The notes under the pieces: generated by a model
Database searches by the model: none
What the model was told of the DNA's origin: nothing
What the model saw: only the letters and a program-made list of their open reading frames with translations
Part shown: positions 12,251 to 24,251 of the stretch, piece by piece
Layout: each line of letters opens with the position of its first letter
Position numbering within the stretch: the stretch's first letter is position 1
Program-made: the position numbers and the translations under genes
DNA from: Geosiphon pyriformis uo1
Lineage: Eukaryota > Fungi > Glomeromycota
NCBI GenBank assembly: GCA_016748015.1
Contig: JAAOMT010000134.1
Location: 1,246,757-1,310,756 of the forward strand
Direction: 5' to 3'
Length of the DNA: 64,000 nt

Positions 12251-14358
12251 AAAGTTCCTTTCAAAAGACACACTTGGATTAGTTTTAGTGTTGTCTCTAC
12301 TGTTTCTAAGAGCCCAAAGATTTTTAATAACAAACCAGTCAACAAGTTGGTCTTTCCTGCTTTCACCACTCCCACTACTACTTCTACTATTACTGCTTCA
12401 CAAATGGCTGCAAAAGTGAAAAATTCCAAAAAACAGCAGCAGGCAGTCACAACTGCTATGGTCACACTGAATCCCTTTGTGGTTCCAGATGAAATCTTGG
12501 GTAAGATCTCTATAGCAGCAGCCAGCTCTCTTCCTGATATGGATGGCAACAGCAGCAGCACATCTCCCAAGATGGGCCAAGATTAACTACTGGCTGTGTT
12601 GCCTAATGTGGTACTCTCCAGCAGATCATTGCCAATCCCAGTAGCAAAACTGTCTATCAATTCAGATGATCTCAAAGATTGGGCTGATCAGATGGAAATG
12701 GAATCAACTGTCCCTCCTCCAGTTTCTGGTGCTATTGATAGTGGTGCTTAGAAAAATGTGAATGGTTGTTAGAGGTTTTCTGGTTGGGTGGCCTCCAATC
12801 TAGTATTTGGTGCTACATTTAAGATCAAAATGGCCCTGCTTGGTTCCTTGTTTCAGTTGCTGCCTGGTTGTATTGGGCTTAAGTCAGTTTCATGAGATGC
12901 TGTTAAGTTGTTCTGTGTGGAATTTGCATCTCAGGAGTGTCTAAATGGTGCCACCAAAGTGGCCATCAGTGATGAAGTTTTTTTGACTACTCTTAAGATT
13001 GCATGGTTTTCTGGTGTGGTCTCTGTTTTTTCTCTCTCTTTGTCAGTTGCATTGTGTGATGTACCTTTGGGTACCTCTTCTGATGACATTAAAACTGCTC
13101 TTGGTATTTTTGGTGTTGTCACTTCTGTTAAGTTGAAGCCTACTGGCTTATGGCAATATGCTGTGGTTAATTTTAAGGACATTTCTTCTGCTGCTGCTGC
13201 TCTTTCTAACTGGTCTGTATTGGTCAGAAAAGATAGTATTAGGCTTTTTCTCATTGCCAACCAAAAAGAGGTTATCTCCTCAAGAGATATATTCAAAACT
13301 AAGTTGGTTAATCTTCCATTTGGCTGTACTGTCTTTGAGATAAGTGATTTGGTCTTCCAAGTTGGTTGCCATACATGTTTCATTTCTCACTTCCCTGAAT
13401 CTTATTGATGTCAACACTTTGCTGTGGTTACCTTTGATTCCTTGGAATCTCTGAATGTTGCTGTGTCAAAACTGGTATCTTGCATGGTTGTCATATCTGG
13501 TAGAAAACTCCTAAATGTTGCTGCTGCTACAGGTGTCAAGACTTGAATCATTTGGCTGTGAACTGCAAGAAGTTACCTCCTCTTCCACCCAAACTTCCTT
13601 TCAACACCTTTGGTAGCCCCAATAATTTCAAACCTTCATTTGTTGAATCTAAATTTTATGCCAAGGCTGCTGCTTTTGTGGTTTCTCCTGGTGCTGCTGC
13701 TGCTGATATGGACTTTGATCTTGGTGGTCCTTCCAAAACTGTGACATCTATGTTGTCTGCTGTCTTTTCTGCTCCCAATTCTGCTGTTGAATCTAGGTTG
13801 GCTTCTTTGGAATCCCACCTTAGTGAACTATCTGTGTTGATAAAATCCTTAGTTGAACCTGTTGATGCTCTGGTTGCATTGGTTACCAAATTGCTGTCTA
13901 TTCTATCTGTCATGGATGTGTCAGTTAAGAAATGTGTAAATGGGTTGGCTAAGCAAAACAAAGGCTTGGCTGCTGTTGCCACCATGATGTAGAAAAGAAT
14001 GACATGTCTTGATGACATGGTTGATAATATTGATGATGATGATGATGATGATAAAGACTTTTCAGTTTATGATAATGTCTTTGATGTTATAATGCACCTA
14101 TGAGAAGATCACCCTTCCAGGATCAAATTCAGTCTTGATCAGACTGCTAAGTGGATGAGTGGTATGATTAAAAATAGTTATGAGCTTGTTAACATTATGG
14201 TTAAGATGTATGAATTAGATATGTTTGATACATTAAGTAGCAAAGGTAGTACTAGTATGTAGTTAGGACTTTCCACTTGTAGTTAGCCATATTTTGTGAT
14301 TTTGTATTATTGGGTAAGCTGGCTTTATGAAAATGCCACATTCCTGTGGCTTAACTAA
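12251..14358 (+). mobile_element. ORF1-only non-LTR element, copy N (5' truncated; 3' tail cut by an LTR insertion)
   Basis: ORF fragments 12347-13992, stop at 14260-14262. The 3' UTR is interrupted at CTAA|TGTT. Confidence 0.88.
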
Positions 14359-15106
14359 TGTTCTGATTGGAGTAACAAGCTAACAGATAGCAAGGAAGAA
14401 CAGAATTGTAGAGTGATGGAAATAATCAAAGGGAATTCAACTTTAAAGAGTGAATTGAATAAGTATGGATTCAATATGCAAAATCAGTCTCATAAAATAT
14501 CTCAGTTGCTATTCTTTTCAAAAAATAACTGGGGAATCTGAAGGTAGAGGGATAGTTCATACTGTCAACAAATGATCACACCTGGTATAATTCTATGTCT
14601 CATGTCAATGCTCTTAAATTTCAATATTAAGTATCAGATGTGCTTTTCAGTCACATTTTATTCAATAATCTTCAAATGCTACACTTATATGTTTCAGGAA
14701 AAGGATAAAAATTAACCAACAAATAATCTTTTATTCCAAGATGTTCAGATACTTGAAAGTAGGAAAAGGGAAAATTAGCAATAAAAGAAGAATTGAGATA
14801 AAAGTTGTTATTTTATTTATTCTTGATTATTTTGAACATGCTTTTCTACAGCTAAAAAATTCATTGCTTATATAGTTGTCAAAAATGGTCATTGATTAGG
14901 TTAATGACTAAGTCAATGATCAAGTCAATGGTCAGGTCAATGATCAGGTCATTGATCAGGTCAATAATCAAGTCAATGATCAGGTCAACAGTCAGGTCAT
15001 TGATCAGGTCAATGATCACTATCTAAAAATAGAGTGGCTAATGTATATGACATCAGTGGCTAATACATGTGATAATTAATAAGAAGTATAAGTTTCAACC
15101 ATAACA
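14359..15106 (-). repeat. 3' LTR of minus-strand Gypsy copy O
   Basis: Followed by the reverse-complement PPT (tcatcctctcc) and the extra-ORF C-terminus at 15107-15226, which resumes at 34789-34897. Confidence 0.92.
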
Positions 15107-15226
15107 TCATCCTCTCCAAAGAGATTGAGCTCTGGCGAAATCAAGCTATTCATGGGGTATCTATTTGAAAGATTTTATCTAACTCAAAGCTAATTAATTT
15201 GTTGAAGTCTTTTGTGGATAAGGTAT

Positions 15227-15951
15227 TGTTATGGTTGAAACCCATACTTTTTATTAGTTATTACATGTATTAGCCACTGATGTCATATAATTAGCCACCC
15301 TATTTTTAGATAGTGATCGTTGACCTGATTAATGATCTGACTGTTGACCTGATCATTGACCTGATCAATAACCTGATCGTTGACCTGATCATTGACCTGA
15401 TCATTGACTTGATCATTGATTTGGTTGTTGACCACTTTAGATAACTATATAAGCAATAATTCCCTTAGCTGTAGAAAGACATGATCAAAGTAACAAAATA
15501 AAACAATATCAATTACTTCCTCTCATATCACTTATTTCCTTTTTCTTACCTTCAAGTATCTACTTGTTGGCATTTATATACTTTATCTTTTCCCCTTCTT
15601 GATTTGTATTTGTTAAATTAGCCTGAGAAGCAATTGGCTTGCTCTTGTAATTCATTGAATAAAGAAATGATTGAAAAGCACAATAATACCTGTTATTGAT
15701 TCTAAGAATTGCTGAGTTGAGGCATAGAATAATAGCAGCAGTGTTATCTTGTTGACAATTACAGACTATTCCTCTACCTTTAGATTTAAGAAAAGATTAG
15801 TGACTGTGATTTTTATGAGACTGATCATGCACATTGAATTCTTACTTATTCAATTTGCTCTCTTATTGTAATTTCTTCTTTGTTTATTTCCATCACCATA
15901 CAATACTGTTCTTTTTTGCTATCCGTTAGCTTGTTACTCTAATCTGTAACA
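15227..15951 (+). repeat. 5' LTR of copy B
   Basis: TGTTATGG...GTAACA followed by a degenerate PBS. Nine 12-bp units at 15321-15428. Confidence 0.95.
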
Positions 15952-16003
15952 TAAAAGTAGTGCTTCCTGTGAGGTTGTCAAAATTCACTTATTCCCTTAT
16001 TGT

Positions 16004-17560
16004 ATAGGTGATTACTCATATCTGCCACAGCAATCAGAAGAACACTTTGCAGCACACAACAGAAATGACCTAGATTTCATTGAACTTAATCCTCTGCCCT
16101 CTTGCTTGATCTGCTTCCCCCTTAAAGAACAATTCAGTAGACAATTCCAAGACTTTTGGAACTGGTTCCTGAACAAGCATTCAGCTGAAACCTACACAGC
16201 TTATACAACCTATTACTTTGACCAAGCTTATTTTGAAAACAACTTTGAAGAAAGAAACAACAGTATCAATCAGCTCTTATATTCTGCAACCTTTGAACAA
16301 CAGCCCCCTGATTTCGAATATCTGAATCATCAAATCCACATTTGGATTGCTGCCCATCAAGCAACTGAAACTCCCTTTGAAACAGAAGAAGAAAGCTACC
16401 AAACTGCCTCTGTTTTTGACCTTTTATCAAGTGAATCAGATTCATCTACACAAACAGTTACTCCTGAACCAATGGCTAATGACCTCATGCAAGCAAACAT
16501 TCTGGCCGCCCTCCAAAGTATACAAATTGCTCTAGGAAGAAGAAACAATACCCCACTACCACTATTTAGAGGTGATGCACAAGATCCAATTGAATGGTTG
16601 GATGATTTTGAAAGAGCTGCCACAGCCAACCAGTATGATGAAGAATACAAGTTCTAAATCATTGGTGGCTACCTCCAAGGCTCTCCTGCTACCTGGTTCT
16701 CACAAGAAACAGATGCCAATGCTCAACACCGAATAATCAGATGAACACCAATCAATGCTAGAGAAGAAAATACCTCTTTCACTACCCGATTTGAGGCCAA
16801 GTTCAGAATCCCAATATTAATATCCAAATGGTGCATGGAATTGGAAAGAAGAACCCAAGGCCCTGGAGAAGTAGTAACTGAATATGCCAAAGCTATTAGA
16901 AAGCTAATCAAATGTGTAGACTCTGAGAGAAACTGGACAGAAGAACAAAAGATTCATTCCTTCACAAAAGGATTAAGAACCAATTTATCTTATGCTCTTT
17001 GGCCTCTCTTGGCCCTAAAAGACAACTCTACAATAGACATGGCCATTGAACTTGCCCAACGAATTAAAGACAACCAAAGAATACATTTGGAATCTACACT
17101 TCCAGTTTTTGCTTCTGCTCCTGTCATGGCTCCTGCCCCTTAAATGGCTGCTGCTTCTTTTGCTGCCCAAATTCAAGATCCAAATGAACAATTAATTGAT
17201 AGACTCACAGCCAATCTTGCCTGGTTATTAGAACCTTTGGCACAAGCAGTCAGAGATAACCAGCAACTACCAAGACCTAGATACAAACCTTGTTTTAACC
17301 AGCCTCAGCAACTTCCATATCAAAGACAGCAAAATTGTGGCCCATCTGTGTGCTATCATTGTGGATTAACTGGACATTATTCAAAAGATTGTAACAATCC
17401 TCTACTGCCTCCTCTAGCTCCCAGAAACAATGACAACCAAAACAACAGACCCAACAACAACAACAATGTCCCCAATCAAAGACCCAATCATGCCAACATC
17501 AATTTCTTTGAAGAGGATCCCCTAGTTGAAGCCACTGTTTATCAGCCTTTAAACTGGTAG
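16004..17560 (+). pseudogene. gag: gag of copy B
   Basis: In-frame fragments 16106-16657, 16835-17143 and 17144-17560, with a CCHC knuckle. Confidence 0.9.
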
Positions 17561-19641
17561 GCACACCTCCAAAGGGTGAAAGTGCAAGCCAACCAGAAGA
17601 AAACCCCTTTTACACTTTTAACTTAACTAATGATAACTATGACATGAATGAACTAGCAATCAACCCCTCTGAATCCACAAGAAAGAAGAAGAAAGCCAAA
17701 GTTGATTTCGTTCTGGACCCCAATAAAGCTTCTACATCAACTGCTGACAACAATGAGCACCCAAAAGCCAAAGTTTTCAAGAACCCTCCAAAGTTGGAAC
17801 CCCCAGAAATAGTACAAAAATCCGGCCCCTATTCTGTTGTCAAAGATCTCATAAAAACCCCAACACATATAACCTTTGGCCAATTGATGACCCATCCACA
17901 ATTCAGAAAAGATCTTCGCAAATCTCTGATTCCAAAGAAAAAGACACCCAAAACCAACAAACACCCTTGCCAAGCTGGACTTGCTAACAATAGCAATGTC
18001 ACTCCTTTAATTTGCAAAGCCCAAGTGGCTGGCTACTTCATCAATTTGATCCTAAACAGTGGATCATCTGTTAGTGTTATTGCTAAACACTTTCTTGAAG
18101 CAATTGGCAGAAAAATTGATAAACCATTCACATGACCAATGACCAATGTGCATGGTGATAAGAAGAAAGGGCTTGGCATAGCCAAAGCTATTCCTGTCCA
18201 CATCAATGGCATCAGCATTAAAACTGATATGGAAGTATCTGAAGTGAAAGAATACACCATCATTGTTGGCAATGAATGGCTCAAGAAAGCAAAAGCTTTG
18301 CTTGATTATGAACTCTGTGAACTAACCATCAGATGTGGTAAGAAACCCATTGTGGTTAAATGTCACTATTGAACAACTTTCCCAGTACCCAAGCGGAGCC
18401 CAGAAGAAAATGAATCAGACAAATCAGATGATGAAGAAAGTGAGGAAGAAAAAGAACAAGAAGAAACTGCTGAACTCGCCTATACCATCTTCACCAGCAA
18501 TGACAAACCACTAGATAATGTCAAGACAGATAAAGAAGGAATCATTGTCAATGGCAAGCTGATCTGCTGGCCTTATTATGACATGCTCAGAAGAACCTTT
18601 GACAGAAAGCCAGGCAAGAAAGCCAAATACAGTTATTGATGGCATGGTCCTTGTGCCTGGTGCTGGTGCAACAAACCATTGTATTCTCCTAGTGATGAAT
18701 GCATGTCCTGCCTGATCTATTACAAAGATTGGGAACCAATCAGCTTGATACCCTATAAGGAAATAAAAGAAATCCAATCACTGGTTGTAGAACAAAGAAA
18801 ACCCTTTCCAGAAGAATGAAAGATAGACATTGAAAACCTGCTGGCTAGAAACAGCCCAGTTATCTCAAAAGAAGGTGAACCTCCTGAATGTACACATGTG
18901 ATATAACACACTATCATCACCAGAGAAACTCGCCCCATCCATTTGAAGCCCTATCAATCCAACTAGCACAATGATGAGTTTATCAAAAAGAAAATAACCC
19001 GAATGAAAAACCTTGGATTCATACAGGAAACCAAGAGTGAATGGGCATTCCTGGTTGTAGTGGTATCCAAGAAAGAAGAAACCCTACGCTTTTGTGTTGA
19101 CTATCACCAATTAAATGCCATTACTGAAAGAGACATGTACCCACTTCCCAAGATTGATACAATGCTATACCAATTCCATGGTGCCACTTTCTTCTCAACC
19201 ATTGACTTAACTGCTGGATTCTGACAAGTAGAGATAGATCCAGAAAGCAGAAAGAAAACTGCCTTCATCACCAAGTATGGTACTTATGAATTCACAGTCA
19301 TGCCTTTTGGTCTCACAAATGCTCCTCCCACCTTTCAATGCTTAATGGACAAAGTATTTGAATCAGTAAAAGAAAACTTTGTTCTAGTTTACTTGGATGA
19401 CATAATGGTATACTCAAAAACCTGGGATGAACACCTTGAACATTTTCAAAAGGTTTTTGACCTCCTTAGAAATGCTGGCCTCAAGATCAATCTAATCAAA
19501 TCATTCTTTGGATGTCAATCCACCCAATTCTTTGGCCATCTTATTACAAAAGATGGAATCTTCCCTGATCCAGCCAAAATTGAAAAAGTTCAAAACATTA
19601 AACAACCAATGAATGTTCATAAACTACACTCTTTTCTTGGT
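17554..19641 (+). pseudogene. pol: pol (PR-RT) of copy B, 5' part
   Basis: Protease ILNSGSS; RT motifs [16 protein letters not shown] and YLDD. Confidence 0.9.
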
Positions 19642-19660
19642 AGATGTGTATAAGAGACAG
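19642..19660 (+). other. Tn5 mosaic end / Nextera adapter (assembly artefact)
   Basis: Exact AGATGTGTATAAGAGACAG at an otherwise unexplained junction between RT and the middle of an LTR. Confidence 0.95.
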
Positions 19661-19942
19661 GCATAGAATAATAGCAGTGGTGTTATCTTGTTGACAATTA
19701 TGGACTATTTCTCTACCTTCAGATTTAAGAAAAGATTAGTGACTGTGATTTTTATGAGACTAATCACGCACATTGAATTCCTACTTATTCAATTTGCTCC
19801 CTTATTGTAATTTTTTCTTTGTTTATTTCCATCACCATATAATACTGTTCTTTCTTGCTATCCATTAGCTTGTTACTCCAACTCGTAACATAAAAGTGGT
19901 GCTCCCTGTGAGGTTGTTAAAATTCACTTATTCCCTCATTGT

Positions 19943-21496
19943 ATGGGTGATTACTCATATCTGCCACAGCAATCAGAAGAACACTTTGCAGCACACAACA
20001 GAAATGACCAAAGTTTCATTGAACTTAATCCTCTGCCCTCCTGCTTGATCTGCTTCTCCCTTGAAGAACAATCTAGTAGACAATTCCAAGACTTTTGGAA
20101 CTGGTTCCTGAACGAGCATTCAGCTGAAACCTACACAGCTTATACAACTTATTACTTTGACCAAGCTTATTTTGAAAACGACTTTGAAGAAAGAAACAAC
20201 AGTATCAATCAGCTCTTATATTCTGCAACCTTTGAATAACAGCCACCTGATTTCGAATATCTGAATCATCAAATCCACATTTGGATTGCTGCCCATCAAG
20301 CAACTGAAACTCCCTTTGAAACAGAAGAAGAAAGCTACCAAACTGCCCCTGTTTTTGATCTTTTATCAAGCGAATCAGACTCGTCTACACAAACAGTTAC
20401 TCCTGAACCAATGGCTAATGACTCCATGCAAGCAAACATTCTGGCCGCCCTCCAAGGTATACAAACTGCTCTAGGGCAAAGAAACAACACCCCAATACCA
20501 TTATTTAGAGGTGATGCACAAGATCCAATTGAATGGTTGGATGACTTTGAAAGAGCTGCTACAGCCAATCAATATGACGATGAGTACAAGTTCCAAATTG
20601 TTGGTGGCTACCTTCAAGAATCCCCTGCTACCTGGTTCTCACAAGAAACAGATGCCAATGCCCAGCAAAGAATCATTAGATGGACACCAGCAAATGTGGG
20701 AGAAATCAACACTTCTTTTACTACCCGGTTTGAAAACAAGTTCAGAACCCCAATATTAATATCAAAATGGCGTATGGAATTGGAAAGAAGAACCCAAGGT
20801 CCTGGTGAAATTGTAACCAAATACGCCAAAGCAATCAGAAAGTTAATCAAACGAGTAGACACTAGAAGAAATTGGACAGAAGAGCAGAAAATTCACTCCT
20901 TCACAAAAAGATTGAGAACTGATCTATTGTATGCTCTTTGGCCCCTCCTGGCCCTGAAAGATAATCCCACCATGGATATGGCCATTGAATTAGCACAAAG
21001 AATTAAAGATAACCAAAGGATGCACTTGGGATCCACACTACCAGTTTTTGCTCCTGTTCCTGTCATGGCTTCTGCCCCTCAAATGGCTGCTACTTCTTTT
21101 GCCACTCACACTCAAGATCCAAATGAACAGTTAATAGACAGACTCACAGCAAATCTTGTCTGGTTATTAGAATCCTTAGCCCAAGCAGTCAGAGAAAATC
21201 AGCAACCACAAAGACCCAGATTTGAACCACACTTCAATCAGCCCCAGCAACTACCTTATTAAAGACAACAAAATCGTGGCCCACCTGTATGCTATTGCTG
21301 TGGATTAACTGGACACTTTTCAAGAGATTGCAACAATCCTCCTCTGCCTCCACCAGTCCCCAGAAACAATGATGCTCAGAACACCAGGATCAACAACAAC
21401 AATGTGCCCAACCAAAAATTCAATCATGCCAACATCAATTTCTTTGGAGAGGATCCCCTAGTTGAAGCCACTGTTTATCAGCCTTTAAACTGGTAG
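19943..21496 (+). pseudogene. gag: gag of copy C with N-terminal extension
   Basis: MGDYSY... is in frame with MANDS...DPIEWLDDFERA and the CCHC knuckle. Two premature TAA stops (from CAA). Confidence 0.92.
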
Positions 21497-21526
21497 GCGC
21501 ATCTCCAAAGAGTGAGAGTGCAAGCC
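21484..21526 (+). promoter_or_regulatory. -1 ribosomal frameshift signal (T TTA AAC plus downstream stem-loop)
   Basis: X XXY YYZ heptamer in the gag frame, just before TGG TAG. The -1 frame is open into MDELAINP. Confidence 0.85.
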
Positions 21527-24186
21527 AACCAGAAGAAAACCCCTTTTACACTTTTAACTTAACTGATGATAACCATGACATGGATGAATTAGCAATCAAC
21601 CCCTTTGAATCCACAAGAAAGAAGAAGAAAGCCAAAGTTGATTTCGTTCTAGACCCCAATAAAGCTTTTACATCAACTGCTGACAACAATGAGCCCCCAA
21701 AAGCCAAAGTTTTCAAGAACCCTCCAAAGTTGGAACCCCCAGAAATAGTACAAAAATCTGGTCCCTATTCTGTTGTCAAAGACCTTATGGAAACCCCAGC
21801 ACATATAACCTTTGGCCAATTGATGACCCATCCACAATTCAGAAAAGATCTTTGCAAATCCCTGATTCCAAAGAAAAAGACACCCAAAACCAACAAACGC
21901 CCTCACCAAGCTGGACTTGCTGACAATAGTAATGTCACTCCTCTAATTTGTAAAGCCCAAGTGGCTGGCTACTTCATCGATTTGATCCTAGACAGTGAAT
22001 CATTTGTTAGTGTTATTGCCAAACACTTTCTTGAAGCAATTGGCAGAAAAATTGATGAATCATCCACACGACCAATGACCAATGTGCATGGTGATAAGAA
22101 AAAAGGGCTTGGCATAGCCAAAGCTATTCCTGTCCACATCAATGGCATCAGCATTGAAACTGATATGGAAGTGTCTGAAGCAAAAGAATACACCATCATT
22201 GTTGGCAATGAATGGCTCAAGAAAGCAAAGACTTTGCTTGATTATGAACTCTGTGAACTAACCATCAGATGTGGTGAGAAACCCATTGTGGTTAAGTGTC
22301 ACCATTGGACAACTCCCCCAATACCCAAGCAGAGCCCAGAAGAAAATGAATCAGATGAATCAGATGATGAAGAAAGTAAGGAAGAAGAAGAACAAGAAGA
22401 ACAAGAAGAACAAAAAGAAACTGCTGAACTTGCCTATACCATCTTCACTAGCAATGGCAAACCAATGGATAATGTCAAGGCAGATAAAGAAGGAATCATT
22501 GTCAGTGGCAAGCTGATCTGCTGGCCTTATTATGACATGCTCAGAAGAACCTTTGACAGAAAGCCAGGCAAGAAAGCCAAATACAGTTATTGGTGGCATG
22601 GTCCTTGTGCCTGGTGCTGGTGTGACAAACCATTGTATTCTCCTAGTGATGAATGCATGTCCTGCCTGATCTATTACAAAGATTGGAAACCAATCAGCTT
22701 GATACCCTGAGAGGAAATAAAAGAAGTCCAAAAGTCCTTTGAAAACGAACCACCTGAAATCCAATCACTGGTTGTAGAACAAAGAGAACCCTCTCCAGAA
22801 GAAAGAAAAGTAGACATTGAAAATCTGCTGGCTAGAAACAGCCCAGTTATCTCAAAAGAAGGTGAACCTCCTGAACGTACACATGTGATATAACACACTA
22901 TTATCACCAGAGAAACTCACCCCATCCATTTGAAGCCCTATCAATCCAACTGGTGCAATGATGAGTTTATCAAAAAGGAAATAACCCGAATGAAAACCCT
23001 TGGATTCATACAGGAAACCAAGAGTGAATGGGCATTCCCAGTTGTAGTGGTATCCAAGAAAGGGGGAACCCTACACTTTTGTGTTAACTATCACCAATTA
23101 AATGTTATTACTGAAAGAGACATGTACCCACTTCCCAAGATTAATGCAATGCTAAACCAATTCCATGGTGCCGCTTTCTTCTCAACCATTAACTTAACTG
23201 CTGGATTCTGGCAAGTAGAGATAGATCCAGAAAGCAGAAAGAAAACTGCCTTCATCACCAAGTATGGTACCTATGAATTCACAGTCATGCCTTTTGGTCT
23301 TACAAATGCTCCTCCCACCTTTCAACGCTTAATGGACAAAGTATTTGAATCAGTAAAAGAAAACTTTGTTCTAGTCTACTTAGACGACATAATGGTATAC
23401 TCAAAAACCTGAGATGAACACCTTGAACATTTGCAAAAGGTTTTTGACCTCCTTAGAAATGCTGGTCTCAAGATCAATCCAATTAAATCATTCTTTAGAT
23501 GTCAATCCACCCAGTTCCTTGGCCATCTTATTACAAAAGATGGAATCTTTCCTGATCCAGCCAAAATTGAAAAAGTTCAAAACATTAGACAACCAATGAA
23601 TGTTCATGAACTACACTCTTTTCTTGGTTTGGCCTCTTATTATCGCAAGTTTGTCAAGAATTTCTCCAAAATCACTGCTTCTCTCAATCAGCTACTTAGG
23701 AAAAACATCAATTATTACTGGGACACTTATCAACAAAAAGCATTTGAAATTCTGAAGGAAAAACTGGTTACAGAACCCATCCTCATGCAACCTAATTTGG
23801 ATCGACCTTTTATCCTCCACACTGATGCATCTGGCTATGGACTTGGTGCTGTTCTTTCCCAAAAAGATGAAGATAACAGAGAACACGCTGTAGCATATGC
23901 CAGTAGAACTCTCACACCAGCAGAAAAGAACTACTCAGTCACTGAGCAAGAATGCTTAGCAGTAGTTTGGGCTACCAGCTACTGGGACAAATATCTTAAG
24001 GGTGTGAAATTTTTGGTGGTAACAGATCACCAAGCTTTGGTTTGGCTACACAACAAAAGAAACCTGGAACATAAACAGATAACTCACTGGATACTCTACT
24101 TGGATGAATTTGACTATGACATTCAACACCGCAAAGGAGCTAATCATCAAAACACCAACACTCTCTCTAGACTTACCATCCAGTGA
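21490..24186 (+). pseudogene. pol: pol PR-RT-RNase H of copy C
   Basis: ILDSE (mutated DSG), YLDD, and RNase H motifs TDAS, ECLAV, VTDH. Ends SRLTIQ*. Confidence 0.93.
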
Positions 24187-24251
24187 TAGTAAAATCCTCT
24201 CAAACCAAACCAACTTAATTATTTGTAACTCCCCCACAAACAAACACGATA

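Noticed and set aside
19943-19960. N-myristoylation signal at the Gag start (MGDYSY)
   Set aside because: Asp at position 3 and Tyr at position 6 do not fit MGxxxS/T.
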